A stretch of DNA of 64,000 nt from a virus, in IMG/VR virus record IMGVR_UViG_3300045988_132585, positions 76,678 through 140,677 of that record; one strand, 5' to 3'. How positions within the stretch are numbered: the stretch's first letter is position 1; the number at the start of each line of letters is the position of its first letter. This document shows, one piece after another, positions 11,601 through 19,582 of the stretch. Below the pieces are notes generated by a model. The model was given only the letters and a program-made list of their open reading frames with translations, did not search any database and was not told the origin of the DNA. The position numbers were made by a program, and so were the translations under genes.

Positions 11601-14600
11601 TCTGATTTTGATTATGAGTTGGCAATGGAAGATCTTTTATCTGCACCTATAGAGGTTAAAGAACGTATCGTAGATAAGATATATACAGGTAATCAAGACC
11701 TTTTATCTCCAAGGGAGAAGGAGATATATGAAAAGTATAAACAGGATATTGATGATTATATATCAAATCTTGGTGATAGTCCGGCTAAGATGATAAAAGA
11801 TTTATCAGATAAAGTTAGGAGACTTACTGAACCTCGATCTGTGTATGAGGATAATAAAGCTATTATTGATATGGCTAAATCCAATTTGGAACCAGATCAA
11901 AGGAAGGAACTTGATGATGCTATTTCTTCGTATGTTGATATAATGAACAGACGGGACAAAGGGGAGAAAGTTGACGAAGATAAGCTTGCCGATTCGGTAT
12001 TTACCATAGAAGATCTTGGCCAGGTTGGAAACATCACGGATCTCCTTCCTTATATCGAGCAAAACAGGATTATCGACAAAGGTCGTATCTCTGAATCTAC
12101 GTTAAGTAATTTTGGGGAGGATGATGCTAATATAGATTCTCTTGTAAATGAGTTAGATGAATCCGATAATACGCCGGGAGCCAACATAGATAGCGCCCAG
12201 AATCCAGAGACGTTGATGGTAAGAAGAATCTCTAATGATGGCAATGAAAGGTATGAAATTGCGGGTCTTAGAGCCGATAAATTTATATCTTCCATAAAAT
12301 CATTGGTTCCTATTCAAATAAGCTCTGAAACGAACGCTAATGGCACTAAAAGGTATTCTCTTAACATAGGTGGAGAAACGGCTACTATAATTGAACTTCC
12401 TTATCATGCGAGATGGTCTATAGACAAAGAATCGGCTCGTGTTCTTAATCGCTACACAGACGTGTCTATTCAGGACGTGGGTAATTCATATTCTTTGGTT
12501 TATAAGCGTCTTGATTCAGATGAGTTGGTTCCGTACAGAACGGGTGTCGGATTCGGAGAGAATGAAGTAGATAAAATAGATCAGGAAGCATTATCTTCTT
12601 TGAAAAAAGGAGATAAGGTTAATCTCGAAATAGATGTAAATGATACCTATAATCAGTCTCTTTTTACCGAATACAATAACGCTGTTCAGTCCGGCGATAG
12701 AAATAAAATAGAATCTGCTGAAAATAAGCTGGTATCCAATATGGTTATTAAGGTTATGAGTGGGAACAGATTCGTTTCTGTTGTAAAAGCTGATACAGGA
12801 GGCATAGATGGTATAAGTAAGATAAGAAGAACGGCTTTCAACAAGTGGAAGAAGGACGCCGGCCGGTCGGCTACCATCGGCGTCGGCACGCATGTTGTTG
12901 CCCAGACCCTTCCCGGAAGACCGGTGTTTAACATGAAGGTGAACGGTCAAGGATATGGCCAGGTAGAAAATCTCCCTATTACCGAAAAAGGTGCTGAAAA
13001 AGTATCTGATGTTGGATATGTATTAAATGGCAAAGTCGTGCTTAAGAACGGATCTGAATACACAGGCTTCCCATTTGTTTATTCTATATTAAATGACAAG
13101 GGGAATAATTACAAAAATGTAAGAGTTCCGGTAGTTGTCATCAAAGGTAAAAACGGTCTTAACTATCTTTTCCCGGTTAGCCTACGTTCTGTAGAATCAG
13201 AGGAAGGGCAGAAATGGATGTCTTTTATAGATATGCTGCTTGAATCTGGTGATTCTGAATTGCTACAGATGGGTCAAGATGATATACAAGATCTTAATGC
13301 GTATCTAACCAAGTTAGGCCTTGATCCGGCTTCGTATCAAGTATCGTATTTGAATCCTATTTCAGGGCTTAGAAAAGCTCGTGAGGCTATAGAGAAATTA
13401 TCTACGGTTCCTGATGTTGTTAAGTGGGTAGAAGATGAAAGCAGGAATGTGAAAGACATTGTGACGTCTGAAGTAGAATCTGGAATAGATTTCGAAGGTG
13501 AGATGTTTGTCGCTCCTAAGATCAGGATCCAGTTTGGTAAATCATCTTCAAGACCTAAATCACTTATAGAGGATGATCTTCCTTTCTCTGATGAGGGTAA
13601 GACCGTTACTTCTAAGGAAGACGTGGATGTTTATGAAGAGGAAATGCCAGAGGAAGGGGCTGTCCGGGAGACTCAGCCAGCGCCATTAGCCCAGCCGGCT
13701 CCTGCGGCACAAGCTACGCAGTCTTTACCTGGCAAGAAGCGTACCTCCAGGAAAAACTTCTCTATTATGTTGAGTGAAATAGAATCTCATACAGAAAAAG
13801 AGGGATTGCCGCTTTATGCTAATATTTTTGATTTTATAGCAAGGAAGATTGTAGGAGGTGACTTGAGGTTTCTTCGTGAGAGAGGTAATCCTAAAAGTCT
13901 TAAGGAGGAAATGGGATTAGAACCTAAAGGAACAGTAGGTGATAAAATATCCACTCCTTCTAAGAAAGGTGGTAAGACCTTAGATGAATACGTTTCTTGG
14001 CTTCGTTCTCAAACAGATCAGGTGGTGGTTGATTATGTTGGGCCAAGATCTGACGAACAAATTATATCAGAGTTGAAAAACTTTTTGAAATATATTAATT
14101 TTGTTCCGAGTAAGGCTTTGAATTATTCTCTTAGAGTCAATGGCATGGACACCCTAAAAGAATATGGCACAAAAGAGGAAGTAGAAAAAATGGAATCTGA
14201 TATTAATAGTCTGGTTTCTAAAGTTTTGCCTACGGTGGATAATCAAACTGTAGAAGATGTTTCTACTGCAATAAAATCAAATAACTTGCCTGCTATATGG
14301 GAGCCCGTGGAAAGTCTTAATATGACAAACGAGGAAAAAATAGAGTTTTTGAATAACATAGCGGATTTCCTTAGCGGCATACCAGAGTATGCCGCTGTTG
14401 TGGAGTCTATAGAGTCAGAATCAGATAATATTTTAAATGATGGAAAAGAAGGAAGTGCAGAAGGCGGTGCAGTACGCACTGAGGAAGATGGCGATAAAAA
14501 GGGAGATGGAGAAGGCAAAGGACAATCCAGAACAAATGTCGAAGTTGAAGGAAATGTCGAATTACCTGGATCTACAAAAGGAGAAATAGAAAAAGACGAA

Positions 14601-15056
14601 CCTCGTATATCCGAAGAACCGCTTACTCACATATCAAGGGTAACATCTCCTTATTTCCTGTACGGCGGTGATGAAGCATATACATCTGTTCCGGCTAAGG
14701 TAGAACCTATACCAGAGAAGATAATGGGTCGTAATGGCATTAAATTTGGTATGAGTGTAGTCGAGTTAACCAAATTAGGGTACAAAAAAGCTGGTGGAAA
14801 CTGGATATATAAATTCTATATGAACTCAGGTGTGTATGATTTGTATAATATCAGTACCGGTGAAGCGTTTAGGGCAAAACCGGATCTTGGAGTTAAGATA
14901 AGTTCCAGTGCATTCATCCGTTCTTTATCTCAATCTGGTAGAAAAATACAAAATATGATGAGTAACATGAGCCAGGAAGAGATAGATAGGAATAAGAATC
15001 TTGTAGAAGGTTCTGATAATTCGGATTCGATAAATGAGTTAAATAAGGAGTGTTGA
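8649..15056 (+). CDS. Giant virion protein, 2135 aa (candidate ejected cargo/channel-forming protein)
   Basis: 6.4-kb uninterrupted ORF. N-terminal Gly/Ala-rich amphipathic segment (GGMGVSSLGAVGAKVGMRVAGKMAASKIAASAVKSAFGAYRAGAMYG). Acidic, low-complexity C-terminal region. No DxDGD motif found. Confidence 0.65.
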   Translation: MENKEQTLVEKSGFLPSTGLRGYNAGVPTRYEEESSLIEGAKREMERMKVGSYTPPVSAINPDDDSEKGSDISGIDTSFDVDTSFSGLKSALNGGDDPRKKKEESYNKLNSMIKSIQDKSRNTYSGKQTSYGEVIAGNQQSSAVDFGVFGKGRTIKLDEAYDFLSDGNIGLAKFKSYMPGRDNEDYYGRRQTTWNKAVNGIGKLVTKTALYGVSGVVGIIPAAYNLIKTGTLSSAFDNDFTRAINDIDERINHSLPHYYTREERDMGFLQSLGTANFIFNDVIGNGLSFTTGAILSAYLTGGMGVSSLGAVGAKVGMRVAGKMAASKIAASAVKSAFGAYRAGAMYGRAIGNMAKVGVNTFVGAGWESAVEAQSFMKDSESKYKEYFKNMYGRNPNQSEMAEFKSSISDTANSIFLANMGIVGLSNYLLLGKYLGVDTGFASKYIPGLKGVSNTYRGSKSFVDRYLFGLGTKKVAGDAGRLQTVKANLFQKSLATIWNVSKRPISEGVWEEGMQGVAQRMGEDFIRSRYDKTYLDATSSIVDSFSKAIAEQFTTKEGLKEIGIGSLIGGLFGARNGAFGLYERRNKERTINTDVEKFNSNNAFTSQSVKDSMRNLAEFNAQMNDPESDYYSKFELSDRMGMLEDTANNFRSMVKSLDESELASEMKVDEETVKKYKEDIIKDFDKKLANYKKASSFAEAITAETSSDLYRSNVANAVFKGLDAEDIAMKTSNDIADYVNDNNLFDDINTFYSLSSQAFDTANQLRELRNEINDLNAEIERLATTPRRVEDGNDTEAEAIKQKTIKYDNLNKEYRRLSEDLLSSYKEVFYSFDPGVSALELFKSETITAEDILKAYDSVASLSTYIENNKGKKEAEDLRNMVVKYQQAITQYKVLRSFMNSIQDKKFMRHDFSLFSKFLNDMVSSNTKTIESDRFYQTEGNNISLDEKIDELLNNGEINSDEAFTMKVFGHLNDGITQKPKEDILSDFDYELAMEDLLSAPIEVKERIVDKIYTGNQDLLSPREKEIYEKYKQDIDDYISNLGDSPAKMIKDLSDKVRRLTEPRSVYEDNKAIIDMAKSNLEPDQRKELDDAISSYVDIMNRRDKGEKVDEDKLADSVFTIEDLGQVGNITDLLPYIEQNRIIDKGRISESTLSNFGEDDANIDSLVNELDESDNTPGANIDSAQNPETLMVRRISNDGNERYEIAGLRADKFISSIKSLVPIQISSETNANGTKRYSLNIGGETATIIELPYHARWSIDKESARVLNRYTDVSIQDVGNSYSLVYKRLDSDELVPYRTGVGFGENEVDKIDQEALSSLKKGDKVNLEIDVNDTYNQSLFTEYNNAVQSGDRNKIESAENKLVSNMVIKVMSGNRFVSVVKADTGGIDGISKIRRTAFNKWKKDAGRSATIGVGTHVVAQTLPGRPVFNMKVNGQGYGQVENLPITEKGAEKVSDVGYVLNGKVVLKNGSEYTGFPFVYSILNDKGNNYKNVRVPVVVIKGKNGLNYLFPVSLRSVESEEGQKWMSFIDMLLESGDSELLQMGQDDIQDLNAYLTKLGLDPASYQVSYLNPISGLRKAREAIEKLSTVPDVVKWVEDESRNVKDIVTSEVESGIDFEGEMFVAPKIRIQFGKSSSRPKSLIEDDLPFSDEGKTVTSKEDVDVYEEEMPEEGAVRETQPAPLAQPAPAAQATQSLPGKKRTSRKNFSIMLSEIESHTEKEGLPLYANIFDFIARKIVGGDLRFLRERGNPKSLKEEMGLEPKGTVGDKISTPSKKGGKTLDEYVSWLRSQTDQVVVDYVGPRSDEQIISELKNFLKYINFVPSKALNYSLRVNGMDTLKEYGTKEEVEKMESDINSLVSKVLPTVDNQTVEDVSTAIKSNNLPAIWEPVESLNMTNEEKIEFLNNIADFLSGIPEYAAVVESIESESDNILNDGKEGSAEGGAVRTEEDGDKKGDGEGKGQSRTNVEVEGNVELPGSTKGEIEKDEPRISEEPLTHISRVTSPYFLYGGDEAYTSVPAKVEPIPEKIMGRNGIKFGMSVVELTKLGYKKAGGNWIYKFYMNSGVYDLYNISTGEAFRAKPDLGVKISSSAFIRSLSQSGRKIQNMMSNMSQEEIDRNKNLVEGSDNSDSINELNKEC

Positions 15057-15058
15057 GT

Positions 15059-15637
15059 ATGAGAAGGAGATACGAAGATATTTCAGGTCTTGTTCAGTAC
15101 CAGTTGAAGACCAATCAGCAGGGGAATATAGAGGTTTATGTTGATGACAGGTTTGTTGGAAACGTAAGTGAAGGAGTCTGTAATTGGAAGGATATTGAAT
15201 ACAAGAGTAAGGTTACTATATCTTTGAAAGGAGTCGAGGCTAAAACTTCAAGTACAAGTAAACGAGTCGGTCCTTATTGTCACATTTATAGCATATTTGG
15301 AGGAAATGAATCTTATCATGCAGGTCCGGATAGTAATATAAAAAAGAGTCCGGTTACTACCTTTATAATGTATTGCTATAAAAATGGGGATATTACAACT
15401 ACCACCACTTATACTAAAAATTTATCTGGGATTCTTCAGATAGGTAAAACACAATTGACTATCAATTACAAACAAAGCAAAAGTCAGTCTTTTTCTGGTG
15501 GTGATAGAGATTATGTAACATCCGTATCTGATTTTCCTTTTGTTACTGGTCCAGGAAATGATAGCGTTGAGTTCGAAGGAGAGGGAAGATTGATAGTTGA
15601 GACAGAGGCTTCGCATTATGAAATAGAAGTTTCATAA
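15059..15637 (+). CDS. Hypothetical beta-rich virion-associated protein (192 aa), N-terminus MRRRY
   Basis: ATG lies 2 nt after the stop of the giant gene, with AAGGAG 8 nt upstream. Thr/Ser-rich, beta-strand-like composition. The MRRR(F/Y) N-terminus recurs at 29037 and 29659. Confidence 0.5.
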   Translation: MRRRYEDISGLVQYQLKTNQQGNIEVYVDDRFVGNVSEGVCNWKDIEYKSKVTISLKGVEAKTSSTSKRVGPYCHIYSIFGGNESYHAGPDSNIKKSPVTTFIMYCYKNGDITTTTTYTKNLSGILQIGKTQLTINYKQSKSQSFSGGDRDYVTSVSDFPFVTGPGNDSVEFEGEGRLIVETEASHYEIEVS

Positions 15638-15654
15638 TTTCTATTTTTTTATAG

Positions 15655-15662
15655 TATCTTTG
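15655..15662 (+). promoter_or_regulatory. Bacteroidota-type -7 promoter box TATCTTTG
   Basis: Octamer identical to the one at 2755, located 18 nt upstream of the ATG at 15681. Confidence 0.4.
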
Positions 15663-15680
15663 TCTAAAATATTTATCGTT

Positions 15681-17936
15681 ATGGGATTAAAATGTCAGAT
15701 AGAAAAGAAGGAAAATAAAATAGAACGGGTTGAGGCTCCTAACGGTGAGCCTTCCGTTCTTTACGAAAGTGCCTTAAAATTATTAGGAAACAGCGAGCGG
15801 GCTCTTCAGGTATGGGCTAAGGCTTACACTCCTGGTTTTTTGTCGTATTATGGTCATTGGAATAACCCGGCTCCAGGGGAGATGTTTAATACCGATCCCA
15901 ATGGCGAACCTCTTTTAGAAGATGTGCTTTCGTATATGAAGCGTCAGACTTATTTTGCTGATCCTTTAACGGCTCAGGATGTTAAGGATGTAAGAGATGC
16001 TATGATATCCGATTCCATATATAGCATACGATCTCTTATTAATAGAGTTAGAAGCTCTTTTTATGTGGATGGCAATCTTATCCTAAATGAAGAAAATCTA
16101 AGAAGATCCGGCTTGTATAATGAGACGGAAATAAGTAGGATATTAGATAATCCTTCTGTACTTAATGAGGTCAGCTCTTTTATGAGGCTATTGTTAGATT
16201 ATTCCAATAACGAACACGATCTAGGGAAAGAGTCTTACTTCACAACCGTAGAAAAACCATACGGTCCTGTTGTGTATAAAAAAGGCGTCTTCAATAAATT
16301 AGGAAAGAGAGCATCATACAATCCGGCTGAAGTTTATGAGGTTATAAAAAATACAGTAGGAGGTATTAGTGTTGCTTCAGAGTTTGATGCTGCTTTCGGA
16401 TCTTTATCTGATTCATATCCGGAGTTAGTTGAAAGATATCAGTCGGATAAGAGTTTTGCCTTGTCGATGTTCAACGAATTTTCGAATATGAACATCGTTC
16501 CGGTTGTGGCTTTAGAAGATAATAATATCGTAGAAGGGAAGAGACGGTCATTGTCAAAGTTGCAAGATTATGCTTATTATAGCCCTATTAATGCTGAGTC
16601 ATTACGGGCTCGTATATCAGCCTTTCTAAATAGGGTTAATGCTGATACAGAAGAAGACCTTAGAAGTATGATATGGGACGTAGAAGAGGCTTGTGTAGGT
16701 CTTGGTATAGATATCGTAGGGGCGTCTAAAGCATACGACGGAACAGAAGAATCGCTGAATAAAATTGATAGCTTGATGTTGGATCTCGATATTTATGTAG
16801 CAAGGCACAACGATGACACTTATGCTCCTACCTTAGCTTCTGCTATTGATGACGTTCTTGGAGATAGCAGGGATCGCCGTGTTATGTTTCTGCCAGAGTA
16901 TATGGATAATATGAATATCGTTTATATGGAATCTGACATAGATCCGGTATCGGCATTTGAAAATCATTCTCTGCTTTATCTTGGTGGAAACCTATATCAT
17001 AAGGTAGAAAGAGATAATTTAAGTGATTTGTACGATATGGCTGCCGAGCTTGCCAAGCAGAGTCTAACTTATTTCCCACCTGGTATCTATCCTGAATATT
17101 GTTTTAAGGATGGTGTTTTAGATAAGCGCCGCGTGGAAAACGTAGATAGTAAGGTCCTTGCTGATTCTATTAAAAAATACGTCCTGTCTTATACCGATTC
17201 TCAGAATACGGAAGAGATGAATGCTACCAGATTGGCATTCGGTCATCTTGTTGTTCCAGGAAGCTCGTATGTTAATGAAGAACGGGAGTTTAGCCGATAC
17301 ATAAACAGAAAGCAGGACAAAGAGAATCCTTTACTCTTATTCGATTTATACCAATCTTATCTTGAAAATAAGCTTCATAATACGGAAGTGTATGAAGGGG
17401 CATACAAGTATCTTGACTTTAAACCAGATCATTTACCGGGTCTTACCGTTTCAGATCCGGATACGTTAAAACAAATTGAACTATCTTTGGCAGGTAATGA
17501 TCGTGAGCAGCTATTTGAGTATAGCATGAGCAGTACCGATCCTTCTTTTACAGATCTGTTCTATTTGGATTATTATGATATGTTATATGTCGGTTCTGAT
17601 TTCTATCACGATCTTTTTACAAAACATCCTAATCTCTTAAATGAGGTTCGGGATCATAACATAACTAAGCAGGATGGTAATGTTATCGTAGAAGGGTTGT
17701 ATAATAATTTTATCAGAATAGGGAACACGGTGTTCACTAAAGTTGGCGAGAGCAGTTCCGGCTCTATCTACCAAAATCTGACAGGAACCGAATCAGAGGT
17801 GAAATACGATTCTACTCAGAAGGCTAAGGCAGTAGAAACCGATTACGCTCCATACCAAAACAGATCTGGCTTGACGCAAGATATGACCATAAGCAAGTCT
17901 GAATTGGATGATCTTAACAAATTAGAATGCAAATAA
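15681..17936 (+). CDS. Large virion protein, about 751 aa
   Basis: Long ORF. Start moved from the TTG at 15660 (which overlaps the promoter box) to the ATG at 15681. No catalytic motif recognised. Confidence 0.55.
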   Translation: MGLKCQIEKKENKIERVEAPNGEPSVLYESALKLLGNSERALQVWAKAYTPGFLSYYGHWNNPAPGEMFNTDPNGEPLLEDVLSYMKRQTYFADPLTAQDVKDVRDAMISDSIYSIRSLINRVRSSFYVDGNLILNEENLRRSGLYNETEISRILDNPSVLNEVSSFMRLLLDYSNNEHDLGKESYFTTVEKPYGPVVYKKGVFNKLGKRASYNPAEVYEVIKNTVGGISVASEFDAAFGSLSDSYPELVERYQSDKSFALSMFNEFSNMNIVPVVALEDNNIVEGKRRSLSKLQDYAYYSPINAESLRARISAFLNRVNADTEEDLRSMIWDVEEACVGLGIDIVGASKAYDGTEESLNKIDSLMLDLDIYVARHNDDTYAPTLASAIDDVLGDSRDRRVMFLPEYMDNMNIVYMESDIDPVSAFENHSLLYLGGNLYHKVERDNLSDLYDMAAELAKQSLTYFPPGIYPEYCFKDGVLDKRRVENVDSKVLADSIKKYVLSYTDSQNTEEMNATRLAFGHLVVPGSSYVNEEREFSRYINRKQDKENPLLLFDLYQSYLENKLHNTEVYEGAYKYLDFKPDHLPGLTVSDPDTLKQIELSLAGNDREQLFEYSMSSTDPSFTDLFYLDYYDMLYVGSDFYHDLFTKHPNLLNEVRDHNITKQDGNVIVEGLYNNFIRIGNTVFTKVGESSSGSIYQNLTGTESEVKYDSTQKAKAVETDYAPYQNRSGLTQDMTISKSELDDLNKLECK

Positions 17937-17983
17937 TTTTTGTATATATATAATATAGTTTTTTCATAGTTATAATTTGGGAA

Positions 17984-18012
17984 GTGAGGCTTGTGAAAGT
18001 CTCACTTTTCTT
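17984..18012 (+). terminator. Rho-independent terminator (GTGAGGC-loop-GTCTCAC + TTTTCTT)
   Basis: 7-bp stem including one G-U pair, 8-nt loop, T-rich tail. Lies 48 nt after the stop of 15681..17936. Confidence 0.55.
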
Positions 18013-18182
18013 ATATATGTACGTATATCAATAACATACAAGAAAAGTTAGATTTTCATTGTTTATGAATTATTTTTATTAAGTTTGCAATATTAGTTTC
18101 AGGAAAGGAATAAAAATATTATACCGGTCGGCGGGCAATAGAATACCCGTGGCCGGTTTGTTTCACATAACTTTTTTGGGAT

Positions 18183-18359
18183 ATGAATATAGCACATGAA
18201 TCTAAATCGAATAAAACCCCATTGTATTTAATAGGAGAGTTGATTGGCGTACCGAATACGGTTATGGACTCAGCATTGCATGAACTGAAAGATAGAATAG
18301 ACAAAGACCCTAAATATAAAGATGTTAAAAATTGGCTCGAATCTTTACCCAAGATCTGA
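18183..18359 (+). CDS. Small hypothetical protein (58 aa) with its own terminator
   Basis: ORF MNIAHESKSNKTPLYLIGELIGVPNTVMDSALHELKDRIDKDPKYKDVKNWLESLPKI, below the ORF-track cutoff. Charged, non-repetitive. Followed by the terminator at 18382-18416. Preferred over the low-complexity antisense ORF 18119..18352. Confidence 0.35.
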   Translation: MNIAHESKSNKTPLYLIGELIGVPNTVMDSALHELKDRIDKDPKYKDVKNWLESLPKI

Positions 18360-18381
18360 ACCCATTTTTCCCAATACCAGG

Positions 18382-18416
18382 CCCGATGCGATTTTAACGT
18401 ATCGGGTTTTTATTTT
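18382..18416 (+). terminator. Rho-independent terminator (CCCGATGCG-loop-CGTATCGGG + TTTTTATTTT)
   Basis: 8/9-bp stem, 7-nt loop, long T-tract. Confidence 0.55.
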
Positions 18417-18461
18417 AATTCATATTGTTTTATTTTAAATCTAATTAATTTATGAATGTCG

Positions 18462-18469
18462 TACTTTTG
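18462..18469 (+). promoter_or_regulatory. Bacteroidota-type -7 promoter box TACTTTTG
   Basis: TAnnTTTG match 17 nt upstream of the ATG at 18487. Confidence 0.35.
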
Positions 18470-18486
18470 TTGAAAAAGTATTTTTT

Positions 18487-18714
18487 ATGGAAAATAAGGA
18501 AGATTACGTTGGTTACGAAGATCAAGAACTGTGTAACCGGTATTACAAAGAGGCTGAAGCCATGAGGCAAAAGCAGGACTGGTCTCGGCTTAGGGCTGTC
18601 CCTGCTCCGGCTAAGGGAACGCCATCGCCCGGCTGGGGTCAGCTTGGACGTGGAAATGATGTCCGTGTTAAGTACGTTAGCATCAATTCGGGATTAGGAG
18701 GGGACAGATTATGA
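18487..18714 (+). CDS. Hypothetical protein (75 aa)
   Basis: ORF with a promoter box upstream. ATGA overlap with the next ORF suggests translational coupling. Confidence 0.4.
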   Translation: MENKEDYVGYEDQELCNRYYKEAEAMRQKQDWSRLRAVPAPAKGTPSPGWGQLGRGNDVRVKYVSINSGLGGDRL

Positions 18715-18926
18715 CTGTAGAAGAATTGGCTAATAAAAGATACAGTGGCGAATTTGTTTTCATGCTTGGTCATTTGGAAGGTATAACAAGATTCGTTTTT
18801 GAATGTTTTGATCCCAGACCTGATCACGAAGGTAAAAATACTTATATGGTTTCCTATTTTGATAAGGGACTTCGTAGAAGAGATGTAGTAGATGTGCCGT
18901 GTTATATGAATGTTTTAGTAAAATAA
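18711..18926 (+). CDS. Hypothetical protein (71 aa)
   Basis: ATGA-coupled to the upstream ORF; non-repetitive sequence. Confidence 0.4.
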   Translation: MTVEELANKRYSGEFVFMLGHLEGITRFVFECFDPRPDHEGKNTYMVSYFDKGLRRRDVVDVPCYMNVLVK

Positions 18927-18946
18927 ATTAAAATATTGTAAATATC

Positions 18947-19582
18947 GTGGTTAGAATCGCATATTTCGGAACCGATGGCTGCCCCGGTCATCACGTTATT
19001 CCAATACGAGGTAAATTCACAGAAGAGGATATTAAGGTAATAGAATCTGTAGATTGTGATGATTTCTATAAGGTGTTTGATGTCATGCGTTTTAAGATAG
19101 CTGAGTTTAAAGGATGGACGATATTGGGAATCCCGGCAAGCTTAGACGATCATAGACCTGGAAGCAAAACCGTTATCTTCATAGAGGGTGAAGCTAACGA
19201 AGCTGATTTTATAGAAGTCACACAAGAGTATTCTTTTCTTAAAAATAAGGTAAAGAAACTTGCCGAATTGTATCATGATGGAGAATGGCTTGCGACTGGT
19301 AAATTGAATCAAGATTCGCTTACTAACAAGGAGCGGTTTCAATTTACATTAGACAAGGATGATATCATTAACATGATTAGGGGAGTAATTTTAGACCCTT
19401 ATTCTGATGTGGCGAATGAAATGGAGAAAATCGGATTGGGATCATCATCTGATTCTTCATATGAGGGTCCCACATGGTCTTGGTTTGTTAACAAAGTAGA
19501 ACTTTGGCAGAAGAATAATGTATGGGATAGTTTCTCCGCTGAGTTTTTGTGGGGTTTGTATTGTAGGATAAAGAAAGTATAG
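18947..19582 (+). CDS. Hypothetical protein (211 aa, GTG start)
   Basis: Clean ORF. No motif confidently recognised. Confidence 0.4.
   Translation: MVRIAYFGTDGCPGHHVIPIRGKFTEEDIKVIESVDCDDFYKVFDVMRFKIAEFKGWTILGIPASLDDHRPGSKTVIFIEGEANEADFIEVTQEYSFLKNKVKKLAELYHDGEWLATGKLNQDSLTNKERFQFTLDKDDIINMIRGVILDPYSDVANEMEKIGLGSSSDSSYEGPTWSWFVNKVELWQKNNVWDSFSAEFLWGLYCRIKKV

Noticed and set aside
12591-12950. Antisense ORFs inside the giant plus-strand genes (e.g. 12591..12950, 12686..12934, 14243..14518, 26469..26924, 27231..27527)
   Set aside because: They lie entirely within long, well-supported ORFs on the opposite strand and have low-complexity or Ser/Leu/Pro-rich composition typical of antisense reading of AT-rich coding DNA.
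15655-15662. Full two-element Bacteroides promoters (-33 TTTG plus -7 box)
   Set aside because: Only the -7 TAnnTTTG boxes are clear. Convincing -33 TTTG elements at 19-21 nt spacing were not consistently found, so only the -7 boxes are reported, at modest confidence.
18119-18352. Minus-strand ORF 18119..18352 (77 aa)
   Set aside because: Low-complexity Ser/Leu-rich sequence that overlaps, antisense, a better-looking 58-aa plus-strand ORF with its own downstream terminator.
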